The position numbers were made by a program, and so were the translations under genes. The notes beneath the pieces are model-generated. The model searched no databases and was not told the DNA's origin. It saw only the letters and a program-made list of their open reading frames with translations. Of a stretch of 64,000 nucleotides of DNA, positions 17,680-27,017 are shown piece by piece (within the stretch, counting starts at the first letter, position 1; each line of letters opens with the position of its first letter). The DNA lies in NCBI GenBank assembly GCA_963748625.1, contig CAVVJT010000007.1, positions 736,001 through 800,000 of the forward strand, written 5' to 3'. Source of the DNA: an uncultured Chloroflexia bacterium. Its GTDB lineage: Bacteria; Chloroflexota; Limnocylindria; Limnocylindrales; CSP1-4.

Positions 17680-20439
17680 TCAGGCGGCGGGGACGGCGAC
17701 GGTCGACGCGGAGGCCGGCCGCTCGGAGGTGCGGACCTTGAAGAGCTTGCGGGCCTCTTCGACCACGATCAGCGACAGCGAGACGACGATGCAGATGGCC
17801 CACTGCTCGCCGGAGAGGGCGACGGTGTCGAGCATCCGCTGGAAGAAGCCGAGCTCGGTGGCCAGCACGATCGAGACGACCGAGAGGCCTGTGGCCACCA
17901 GCAGCGGCCGGTTGGCGAGGATGCCGCCGCCGAACAGCGACCGCTCCTCGTCCGCCTCCTCGAGCGACGAGAACAGGCGGAACAGCGCGAAGGTGGTCAT
18001 GCCCATCGTCCGTGCGACCACGTCACCGAACGCGTCGTTCGCCCAGGTCAGCACGCCCAGGGTGCCGACGGCCATCACGAGGCCCGTGAACACGAGCCAG
18101 CGCATGAGCTGCGGCGGCATGATCCTCTGGGCCTTCGGCCGGGGGCGCTCATCCATCAGCCCCTCGCGCGGCTTGCCGTAGCCAAGGCCGATGGCCTGGA
18201 ACAGGTTGACGCTGAAGTTGAGCCACATGGTCTGCATCGGCAGGAACGGGATGCCGCCGAGGATGTTGAGCAGCGACGAGCCCAGGAACGTGGCAATGAA
18301 GCCGAACAGGCCGGCCATCTGGTAGCGGATGAACCGCATGAGGTTGTCGTAGACCGCGCGGCCCAGCTCGACAGCCTTGATGATCGTGGCGAAGTTGTCG
18401 TCGGTGAGGATCATGACCGCGGCCTGCTTGGAGACCTCGGTGCCGGTGATGCCCATCGCGATGCCGATGTCGGCCGCCTTGAGCGCCGGGGCGTCGTTCA
18501 CGCCGTCGCCGGTCATGGCGACCACGTGGCCCTTCTTCTTGAGGATGTCCACCAGGTGGACCTTGTCCTCGGGCGACACGCGGGCGATGACGCCGATGTC
18601 GTCGATCTGCCTGACCGCCTCGTCGTCGCTCATGGCGGCGAACTCGGCGCCGGTGATCGCGCGGCCGGTGATGCCCAGCTCGCGGGCGATCGCCTCCGCC
18701 GTGACGGCGTGGTCGCCGGTGATCATGCGGACCTGGATGCCCGCGGCGTGCGCGTTGGCGATGGCCAGCTTGGCGGCGGGCCGCGGCGGATCCACGATGC
18801 CCACGATCGCCAGCAGCTGCATCCCCTCGATCGCCTTGAGAAGGTCCGCGTCGGGGTCGAAGGTAGCCGGGTCGAAGTCCTTCTGGCCGGTGGCCATGAC
18901 GCGCAGGCCCTGGGAGCCCAGGCGCTCGTTCTCGGCGAGGTAGCCGTCCCGCACCTCGGCGACCGGCACCTCGGTCCCGTCGGGGCCGTGTGCGGTCACG
19001 GCGCGCGCGAGCAGCTGGTCCGGAGCGCCCTTGATGTAGGCGCGGATCACGTCCTTGCCCGACGCGTCGGTCATGTGGTGGAACGTGGCCATCATCTTGT
19101 AGGCCGCGTCGAACGGGAGGGTCGCCACGCGCGGGTAGCGCTCGCGGGTGAGCGTCGGATCCACGCCGCCCTTGGCCGCGAGCACGACGAGCGCGCCCTC
19201 GGTCGGGTCGCCCACGAGCTGGCCGTCCTTGACCTCGGCATCGGCGCAGAGCGCCATCGGGAGGAGGATCGGCTCGAGCGGGACGTCCGGCTGGCCGCCG
19301 GCGTGGTTGATCTGGCCGGTGGTCTCGTAGCCGGAGCCGGTGATCGTGTAGCGCCGGCCCACGACCCCCATCTGGATCGCGGTCATCTGGTTGAGCGTGA
19401 GGGTGCCGGTCTTGTCGGAGTTGATGGCGGACGTGGAGCCCAGCGTCTCGGTGGAGCGCAGGCGCTTCATGATCGCGCCGACCGAGGCGAGGGTCTGCGA
19501 GCCCCTGGACAGGATCGCGGTCACCACGGCGGGCAGGGCGGTCGGAATGGCCGCGACGGCGAACGCGACGGCGGACAGGAACAGGTCCTGCATCTCGCCA
19601 CCGCGGTACCACCCGAGGAAGAAGGAGATGCCCAGCGCGATGCCCGCGATGACCAGGATCTGGTTGGTCAGGGCGTCGAGCTGCGTCGTGAGCGGGGTCT
19701 TCTCGTCAGCTGTGCCCTGGAGCATGCCGCTGATGTGGCCGACCTCGGTCGCCATGCCGGTGGTCATCACCAGGATGGTGCCGGCGCCGCGGGTGACCTG
19801 GGTGTTCATGAACGCGAGGTCGACCCGGTCGCCGAGGGCGGCGTCGGCTGCGACCGCCGCAACCTGCTTCGGCGTGGGCACGCTCTCGCCGGTCAGCGCC
19901 GACTCGTCGATCTCGAGGGTCGCGGCCGTCAGGATCCGCGCGTCGGCCGGGACAAGGTCGCCCGCCTCGATGTTGACGATGTCGCCCGGGACCAGCTGGT
20001 CCATCGGGACCTCGACCAGCTCGCCGTTGCGGCGGGTCTTGGCCTTGACGACCATCATCTTCTCGAGCGCGTTGGCGGACGCCTCGGCCTTGCCCTCCTG
20101 GTTCATCGCCATCCAGGCGTTGAACAGGGTCAGCAGGATCAGGAACACGCCGGTGTTGAACTGGCCGGGCAGGAACAGGCACACGATGCCCGCGATCAGC
20201 AGGACGATCTGCATGGGATCGCGGTACTGGCTCACGAAGAGCGCGCCGCGGCTCGTCTTCTTGGCCGATGTGAAGGTGTTCGGGCCGACCTTGGCGCGGC
20301 GGGCGTCGGCCTCGGCGCTCGACAGCCCGGCCTCGATCGTGACTCCCTGCGCCTCGAGCGCACCGGCCGGATCCAGCGCATGCCAGGCGGTCGTGGTGGA
20401 CGCAGCGCCGGGAGGCGCGGCAGGGTTCGCTGCGGTCAT
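17680..20439 (-). CDS. P-type ATPase with P2-type architecture and a non-canonical ion-binding site
   Basis: DESALTGES, SDKTGTLT, KGAPD, MITGD and TGDGVNDAPALK are intact; 10-TM layout; TM4 reads AIPTALP instead of PEGLP. Confidence 0.92.
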   Translation of the reverse strand: MTAANPAAPPGAASTTTAWHALDPAGALEAQGVTIEAGLSSAEADARRAKVGPNTFTSAKKTSRGALFVSQYRDPMQIVLLIAGIVCLFLPGQFNTGVFLILLTLFNAWMAMNQEGKAEASANALEKMMVVKAKTRRNGELVEVPMDQLVPGDIVNIEAGDLVPADARILTAATLEIDESALTGESVPTPKQVAAVAADAALGDRVDLAFMNTQVTRGAGTILVMTTGMATEVGHISGMLQGTADEKTPLTTQLDALTNQILVIAGIALGISFFLGWYRGGEMQDLFLSAVAFAVAAIPTALPAVVTAILSRGSQTLASVGAIMKRLRSTETLGSTSAINSDKTGTLTLNQMTAIQMGVVGRRYTITGSGYETTGQINHAGGQPDVPLEPILLPMALCADAEVKDGQLVGDPTEGALVVLAAKGGVDPTLTRERYPRVATLPFDAAYKMMATFHHMTDASGKDVIRAYIKGAPDQLLARAVTAHGPDGTEVPVAEVRDGYLAENERLGSQGLRVMATGQKDFDPATFDPDADLLKAIEGMQLLAIVGIVDPPRPAAKLAIANAHAAGIQVRMITGDHAVTAEAIARELGITGRAITGAEFAAMSDDEAVRQIDDIGVIARVSPEDKVHLVDILKKKGHVVAMTGDGVNDAPALKAADIGIAMGITGTEVSKQAAVMILTDDNFATIIKAVELGRAVYDNLMRFIRYQMAGLFGFIATFLGSSLLNILGGIPFLPMQTMWLNFSVNLFQAIGLGYGKPREGLMDERPRPKAQRIMPPQLMRWLVFTGLVMAVGTLGVLTWANDAFGDVVARTMGMTTFALFRLFSSLEEADEERSLFGGGILANRPLLVATGLSVVSIVLATELGFFQRMLDTVALSGEQWAICIVVSLSLIVVEEARKLFKVRTSERPASASTVAVPAA

Positions 20440-20649
20440 GCGGGTACTCCCTCCGAGAAATGCATCTCCCGAGAGTATCGACGAGCGGCCGCCCCGGCAT
20501 CACGCGAATTGGGCGAGGGCAGGAGACGCGGGCGCGCCGCGCCGGGTGCGAGATCCTGCGCGGCGTCGTGCGCCTTGCGCCAGGGGCAACGAAATCGCGC
20601 AAGCGCCGCCCTGGCCGTCCCTCGTTGTCGGGGCCCGCTGCCTGGCGGA

Positions 20650-20713
20650 CAACAGAACCCCGCAAGGAGCCCGGATTCGACACCTGGAGGCCCGGGCTTG
20701 CGGGGTTCTGTTG
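20650..20713. repeat. Intergenic inverted repeat with perfect 17-bp arms (REP-like hairpin)
   Basis: caacagaaccccgcaag (20650-20666) and cttgcggggttctgttg (20697-20713). Confidence 0.8.
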
Positions 20714-20831
20714 ACTTGCAGTCAGATGGCGGGGTCTGGCGGGAGATGCGAGGCTGGCGGAGATGAGCGAGGCTGGCGGGAGAGGTCTGGCGGGGTCTGG
20801 CGCACCCGGCCGAACCCCGCGCCTGGGAGAC

Positions 20832-21173
20832 CTAGATCGCCGTGCCGCCCCGCTCCCCGGTCCGGATCCGGATCGTGTCCTCCAGGGGGAGGATGAAGAT
20901 CTTCCCGTCGCCGAGCTCCCCGTCGCCGTGGCGCGCGGCTTTGAGGATCGCGTCGACCGTCGTCTCCACGAAGGCCTCGTTGACCCCGATCTCCAGGCGG
21001 ACCTTGGGCAGCAGCCCGGGCGAGACCTCCTCGCCGCGGTACAGCTCAGGATCGGCTGCCTGGCCGTGTCCGGTGACCCGGCTCACGGTGATGCGGGTGA
21101 TCTCGGCCTCCATGAGGGCCTGGTGGACCTCGTCGACCTTGTCGGGCTGGATGATCGCGATGATCAGCTTCAT
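20832..21173 (-). CDS. glnK: P-II nitrogen regulatory protein
   Basis: MKLIIAIIQP, YRGEE T-loop, GDGKIFI, IRIRTGERG; lies downstream of amt. Confidence 0.93.
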   Translation of the reverse strand: MKLIIAIIQPDKVDEVHQALMEAEITRITVSRVTGHGQAADPELYRGEEVSPGLLPKVRLEIGVNEAFVETTVDAILKAARHGDGELGDGKIFILPLEDTIRIRTGERGGTAI

Positions 21174-21185
21174 GTCAGGCAGCCC

Positions 21186-22557
21186 CTAGTTCAGGTTGAG
21201 CAGGCCGTAGCCGTGCTCGCCATGCAGCTCGTGGTCCATGCCGGCCATCTCGCCCGCGGCCCCGAGCCGGATCCCGACGGTCTTGTCCACGACCACCAGG
21301 ATGATGAGGGTCGCGACGGCGGTGAAACCGAGGGTGGCCGCGACGCCCAGCGCCTGGACGCCGAACTGCTCGATGGCCACGCGTTCCATCGGGATCTCGC
21401 CTGGGCGGATGAAGAAGGCGAGCAGGAGGGCACCCGCCAGGCCCGCGACCCCGTGGACGCCGAAGACGTCGAGCGAGTCGTCGTAGCCGACGCGGTTCTT
21501 GAACTGGATCGCGCCGTAGCACAGCAGCGAGGCGACGGCGCCCAGCGCGATGGCGCCGGCGGGCTGGACGACGCCGGCGGCCGGCGTGATGACGACGAGC
21601 CCCGCGAGGATGCCCGACGCCACGCCCAGCGCAGTCGCCTTGCGGAAGCGCACGGCCTCGATCAGCACCCACGCGAGCGCACCAGCGGCGGCGGCGACCT
21701 GGGTGACGGTGAGCGCCTGGGCGGTCTTGAGGCCCGAGGTCAGCGACGGAGCCGGCGTTGAAGCCGAACCAGCCAACCCACAGGAGGCCGACGCCCATCA
21801 GGACCATGACCAGGTTGGACGGGTGCATCGCGGTGCGCGGGTAGCCGCGGCGAGCGCCGAGGTAGAGCGCGGCGACCAGGGCGCTGATGCCGGCCGAGAT
21901 GTGGACGACGGTGCCGCCCGCGAAGTCGATGGCGCCCAGCTGGAAGAGCCAGCCGTCGGCCGCCCAGACCCAGTGGCACAGGGGGCTGTAGACAAGGAGG
22001 CTCCAGAGGGCGATGAAGACCGCGTAGCCGCGGAAGCGGACCCGCTCGGCGAAGGCACCGGCGATCAGGGCAGGCGTGATGATCGCGAACTTGCCCTGGA
22101 ACATCGCGAAGACCAGCGTGGGCACGCCGTTCGCGTCAACCGTTCCGTCGATGCTGCGCAGGAGGACCAGGCCCGGATCCCAGCCGATCAGGCCCCCCAG
22201 GGCGTTGGGGCCGAAGGCCAGCGAGTAGCCGACCACCACCCACAGGACGCCGATGATCGCCATGGCGGCGAAGCTGTGCATCATCGTCCCGAGGACGTTC
22301 TTGGTGCGGACGAGGCCGCCGTAGAACATCGCCAGGCCCGGCACCATCAGCAGGACGAGCGCCGTGGAGACGAGCATCCACGCGGTCGCGCCGGTGTCGA
22401 TGGGCGGCTGCTCGGGGAGCACGGCTGGCGTTGCCTGCGGCAGCGCCAGCACGATGATCGCCGCCAGCAGGGCCAGCAGGCCCACGGCCGGCACGGCACT
22501 CGGTACCGTCCTTGGTTGGGGGGCGAGCACCGCCCCTTCGGGTGTCGTGGCCACCAT
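21186..22557 (-). CDS. amt: Ammonium transporter (frameshift near 21750)
   Basis: PGLAMFYGG, DFAGGTVVH and GWFGFNAGS, then GLVVITPAAG and DDSLDVFGVHG in the shifted frame. Confidence 0.92.
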
Positions 22558-22838
22558 CGTCGTGCTCCTCCGCTCCTCTGCCTCCAACGCGACCACACCA
22601 CGGGGGCAGGGCCGGTGCGGGGATGCTAGGAACGTGGGGCCGATGAATCCCGCCCCCGGCGGGTCACGATCCGTTGCGGCACGGACAAGGTTGCGACGGC
22701 CTCGAAACCGTCCCGACGACCTTCGTACCCCGTCCGGGCCACGCTGCGAGGAGGGTTCGGGGCCGCGAGGTCGCGGCGTGCACGACGAAGCGGCCCGGGG
22801 CTGGACCTCGTCCCAGCCCCGGGCGCAGAAGCCGCGGA

Positions 22839-23786
22839 TCAGGCGCCGGTGCCCGTTCCGGTGCCGGTGGTGGGGCTGGCCGCGGGGACCTGCCCGTCCT
22901 CGCCGAGGGCGCCGTGCGGGCCGCCCGGGCCGTGACCGCCGTGGCCACCCCGGCCCATCCCCGCGACCCCGTTGACCTCGTCGGTCACGTGCTGGGTGAG
23001 ATTGGCGAGCCGTTCGTCGGCCTGGGCCTGCGTCATGGTGCCCGCGGTGACGGCGGCCTTGATCTCGGCCGTGTCGGAGGCCACGACCGCATCGATCACC
23101 TTCTGGACGTCCACGCCCTTCGCCGTGGCAACCTGGGCTGCCGTCTTGCCGGCCTCGAGCTCCGCGGTGAGGGCGGCCTCGGTCATGCCGAGGACCTTGG
23201 CGGCAGCCATGAGGTCGTCCGCGTCGAGGCCGCCCGGACCATGGTGGCCGCCGCGACCATCCGCCACGCCGTTGACCTCGTCGGTCACGTGCTGGGTGAG
23301 GTTGGCGAGGCGCTCGTCGGCCTGGGCCTGGGTCATCGTGCCCGCGGTGACGGCGGCCTTGATCTCGGCCGTGTCGGAGGCCACGACCGCTTCGATCACC
23401 TTCTGGACGTCCACGCCCTTCGCCGTGGCAACCTGGGCGGCCGTCTTGCCGGCCTCGAGCTCGGTCGTGAGGGCGGCCTCGGTCATGCCGAGGGCCTTGG
23501 CGGCCGCGGCGATGTCGTCGGTGTCGAGACCCGGTCCGTGCTCCCGGCCGCTGCAGCCCGGGGAGGTGTCGGTGGTGCCAGTCGTATCCGGGGTTACGGT
23601 CGGGGCGGTCGTCGGGGCGGTCGTCGGGGTGCTGGTAGCGCCAGCGGTGGGGGCGGCAGTGGCGGTCACGGCGGGCGTCGGCGTGGGGTCGGCGGCATCG
23701 ACACCCGCGGGCTGGACGAGCACGGCGCCGGCCGCACCGACGAGGAGGGTGCCGGCTGCCACGCCGGCCAGGATGGTTGTGCGCAA
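22839..23786 (-). CDS. Secreted protein with two tandem ~100-aa helical repeats
   Basis: TTG start after GAAGGAG; signal peptide; Thr/Pro linker; duplicated AAAKALGMTEAALTTELEAGKTAAQVATAKGVDVQKV...TMTQAQADERL. Confidence 0.75.
   Translation of the reverse strand: MRTTILAGVAAGTLLVGAAGAVLVQPAGVDAADPTPTPAVTATAAPTAGATSTPTTAPTTAPTVTPDTTGTTDTSPGCSGREHGPGLDTDDIAAAAKALGMTEAALTTELEAGKTAAQVATAKGVDVQKVIEAVVASDTAEIKAAVTAGTMTQAQADERLANLTQHVTDEVNGVADGRGGHHGPGGLDADDLMAAAKVLGMTEAALTAELEAGKTAAQVATAKGVDVQKVIDAVVASDTAEIKAAVTAGTMTQAQADERLANLTQHVTDEVNGVAGMGRGGHGGHGPGGPHGALGEDGQVPAASPTTGTGTGTGA
22969..23530. repeat. Near-identical intragenic tandem duplication, 300-bp period
   Basis: gttgacctcgtcggtcacgtgctgggtgag at 22971 and 23271, with similarity continuing about 250 bp. 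Confidence 0.9.
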
Positions 23787-24093
23787 GGGAATGCTCCTTC
23801 GGTCATGTGCCGGAGACGTTGGTGTCCCCGAGGTACATGCCCCAGCCTCTGCCGCGTTTCTTGCCGTTTGATGACGGACCGCCTCCCCCAGCCCAACTCC
23901 CAGCCACTTCTCAGCCGCGTCACAGCAACCGGCCCGAGCCCGGGCGCTGACCACGACGTTGGTGCGCGGTGCACCACGCCGTGGAACCCGTCGCGGGCCG
24001 TCGAGAGGCGGACGACCCTGAACGAGCCCGGGGCCGGGGCGCGGGCGTCATGACCTCCAGCGCCGCCACGATCTCCGGCTGGCTCGGCTGGGG

Positions 24094-24441
24094 TCAGCCC
24101 GCAGGCTGCGCGACGGGGACGACGGGGATGACGGGGATGACGCGGCCACCCGGGGCCCCCAGGGCTGGCGCCAACTCTCCCGCGATCTGCCGGAACCGCT
24201 GGACCGCGTCGGCGCGAAGCCGGTAGTAGACCCAGCTCCCCCGCCGCTCGGACTCGACCCAGCCGGACTCGCGCAGGACCTTGAGATGGTGCGACACCGT
24301 CGGCTGGGCGACGGTGCAGCAGGCGGAGAAGTCGCAGGCGCAGACCTCGTCGGCCATGGCCAGCTGGCGCAGGATCGCGAGGCGGGTGGGGTCTGCGGCG
24401 CCCTGGAGCAGCAGGGCGTCGGGGTCGGTGATGCGCTTCAT
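24094..24441 (-). CDS. arsR: ArsR/SmtB family metalloregulator
   Basis: ADPTRLAIL, EVCACD..CC, QPTVSHHLKVL, RRGSWVYY; divergent from arsM. Confidence 0.9.
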   Translation of the reverse strand: MKRITDPDALLLQGAADPTRLAILRQLAMADEVCACDFSACCTVAQPTVSHHLKVLRESGWVESERRGSWVYYRLRADAVQRFRQIAGELAPALGAPGGRVIPVIPVVPVAQPAG

Positions 24442-24453
24442 CTCGGGTAAGAT

Positions 24454-24508
24454 ATTGACATTCATCGATACCGATGGCAAGGTGCCACCCACATCGACAT
24501 TCTTCGAT
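24454..24508. promoter_or_regulatory. Two putative ArsR operator boxes in the arsR/arsM divergent promoter
   Basis: ATTGACATTCATCGAT (24454-24469) and ATCGACATTCTTCGAT (24493-24508); both are ATCGA-N6-TCGAT-type palindromes. Confidence 0.7.
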
Positions 24509-24547
24509 ATCGAGCCCGGCACCGACCGACTGCAGGAGATACAGACC

Positions 24548-25349
24548 GTGACGACCGAGACCATCCACGAGGAGGTCCGCGCGCGCTACGCGCTGGCGGC
24601 GCGCGAGGCGCAGTCGGGCAGCTGCTGCACCCAGGATCCGGCGTCCATCGGCGCGGGGCTCTACTCCTCCCTCGAGCAGGCCGAGCTTCCGGAGGCCGCC
24701 GTCCTCGCCTCGCTCGGCTGCGGCAACCCCACCGCGGTCGCCGAGTTGCGCGAGGGTGAGCGCGTGCTGGACCTCGGGTCGGGCGGCGGCATCGATGTGC
24801 TCCTCTCGGCCAAGCGCGTCGGCCCCACCGGCCGCGCCTTCGGACTGGACATGACCGACGAGATGCTCGCGCTGGCGCCAGCAGAACGCCGCGGCGGCGG
24901 GCGCCACCAACGTGGAGTTCCTCAAGGGTCACATCGAGGCGATCCCGCTCCCGGCGGCCAGCATCGACGTGGTCATCAGCAACTGCGTCATCAACCTCGC
25001 GGCCGACAAGCCCGCCGTCTTCCGCGAGATCGCCCGGGTGCTGCGGCCGGGTGGTCGGATGGGCGTGTCCGACATCGTGGCCGAGGACCACCTCACGCCC
25101 GCCGAGCGCGCCGAGCGCGGCTCGTTCGCGGGTTGCATCGCCGGTGCCCTCTCGTTCGAGGAGTACCGCACGGGCCTGGAGCTGGCGGGCCTGACCGAGA
25201 TCACGATCGAGCCGACGCATGCTGTCGCCGACGGCATGGTGAGCGCGATGGTCAAGGCTTCGAAGCCGCGGGGGGCGCTTCCGGTGATCACGCTTGCCGA
25301 AGCGTCGACCGAGGATGGCGGCTGCTGTGGCGGCGGCGGCTGCTGCTGA
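24548..25349 (+). CDS. arsM: Arsenite S-adenosylmethionine methyltransferase (frameshift near 24880)
   Basis: [21 protein letters not shown] and GLDMTDEML, then [18 protein letters not shown] and a Cys-rich tail. Confidence 0.9.
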
Positions 25350-25362
25350 AGGGGCCCCGGTG

Positions 25363-25795
25363 ATGCGGATCGAGCGTTCTTCACCGGCCGACATCCCGGC
25401 CGTCGAGGCGCTGCTGGCGTCCGCCGGCCTCCCCCTCGATGGCGCCGCGGAGGCCCTGTCGCTGGGCGTGGTCGCACGCGACGGGCGGCCGCGTGGTGGG
25501 GGCGGCGGCGATCGAGCGCTACGGTGCCAACGGGCTCCTGCGATCGGTCGTGGTGGCGCCCGGGCAGCGCGGAGCCGGGGTGGGCCGGGCCGTCGTCGCG
25601 GCGGCCGAGGACCTTGCCCGCGCCGAGGGGATCCGGAACCTCTACCTGCTCACGGAGACCGCGATCGACTGGTTCCCGCGCCTGGGCTATGCCATCGTCG
25701 AGCGACCGGTGGCGATTGCGGCGGTGGGGTCGTCGGTGGAGTTCACGACGGTCTGCCGGGACACCGGCGTGCCGATGGTGCGCCGCCTGGCGTGA
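25363..25795 (+). CDS. arsN2: Arsenic-resistance GNAT N-acetyltransferase (frameshift near 25485)
   Basis: [16 protein letters not shown]...[31 protein letters not shown]; directly downstream of arsM. Confidence 0.8.
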
Positions 25796-26204
25796 CTGCC
25801 GGCTTGCCTCGGGTGGCCGACGGCGCGGGCGCAACGTGGCCGGGAATCAAAGGACCCCGCGTGTGCCACACCGCCGGGGGAACGATGCTGATCCGCGAGG
25901 TCCTTCTGCCATCCAATAACGAGGCGCGGTCGCTTCGTTAGGCCGGTGGCAAGGCGATTCTCCGGATTGTGCGGACTGTGCGCCATGGCTGGGCCGCCAG
26001 ACCCCAGCCATGGGGCGAATCCGCCGCCCGCCCTCGTGGCTCAACCGCAGGATCGACACGTTGGAGGTCGAGCCCTCCGTGGGTGAGCCGCATCTACCCC
26101 CTGGCTGGGGGATTCCGCGACGGTCGACGCGGTATCGTCCTTCCAGCGAGCCATGATCCGCGTCACGATCCTGATCACGCTCACGCCTGAGGACGCCGCC
26201 ACCG

Positions 26205-27003
26205 ATGTCCACCGACCGCCCCACTGACGCGCCGACCCCGGCTGCCGTGCCCGACGGTCTCGAACCCGGCGAGTCCGACAGGACGGCGCTGGCCGAGGGC
26301 CTGCGTCTGGCCCTCGAGGATCCGGACGCGGCCCGCCGGATGCTCGCGCGAGCTCGAGGGCGCCGACCAGGGCGCCGTGGCCGACGCACCCGACGGATCC
26401 GATGACGCCCTGGCGCCCGGAACCGAGACCGGTGCAGCGCCCGATCCTGCTGCCGTCCCTGCCACCTCCATGCTCCTCACCCGGTCGGCCGGCATGTCCA
26501 TCGACCAGCTGGCGGAGGTTGGCCCGGATGTCGTGTGGGGTTGGGTGGCCAGGCTGGCGCCGGCGGACATCACGCTGCTCGGACGGGTCGTCACCCAGAT
26601 GCTCGACGAGGGCGCCCCTGCGGACGCAGGTCGGGGCTTCGGGATCGCCTGGTCCGGCGGCGTCAAGCTCCCCATGCGCGAGGTTGACGGGCTGTTCAAG
26701 GACTTCGTCGATCTCGAGCACACGGTCGCGGGCGTGCTCGCCGGGCGCGAGTTGCGCAGGGCCGCATACGGCGAGTCGAAGAGCATCGCCACGATGCTGG
26801 CAGGCTGGTTCGGCCGTCCCGACCCGGGTGCCCGCGAGGCGGGGGCGGTGATCGAGACGGCCGGCCGGCCGGCGCAGCTGGGCCTGGTCGCGCTCTGGAA
26901 CGCGTGGGCGGGGATGCGCTACCGGGCGTCGATCCCGCAGGCCACCTTCGAGATGCTGGTGAAGCCCTGGATCACCGTCGTGGGCCCGCTCCCCGAGGCG
27001 TAG
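26205..27003 (+). CDS. Hypothetical protein (frameshift near 26350)
   Basis: ATG after GAGGA; ORFs 26205-26405 and 26377-27003 join if one base is removed; protein-like composition. Confidence 0.5.
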
Positions 27004-27017
27004 GCCCGGAGCGTCGG

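Noticed and set aside
22600-22720. GlnR/TnrA-type box upstream of amt
   Set aside because: GTNAC-like half-sites are present but with non-canonical spacing; not supportable.
25320-25400. Selenocysteine read-through of the arsM TGA after the Cys-rich tail
   Set aside because: No convincing SECIS hairpin is present, and arsN2 starts 13 nt later with its own ATG.
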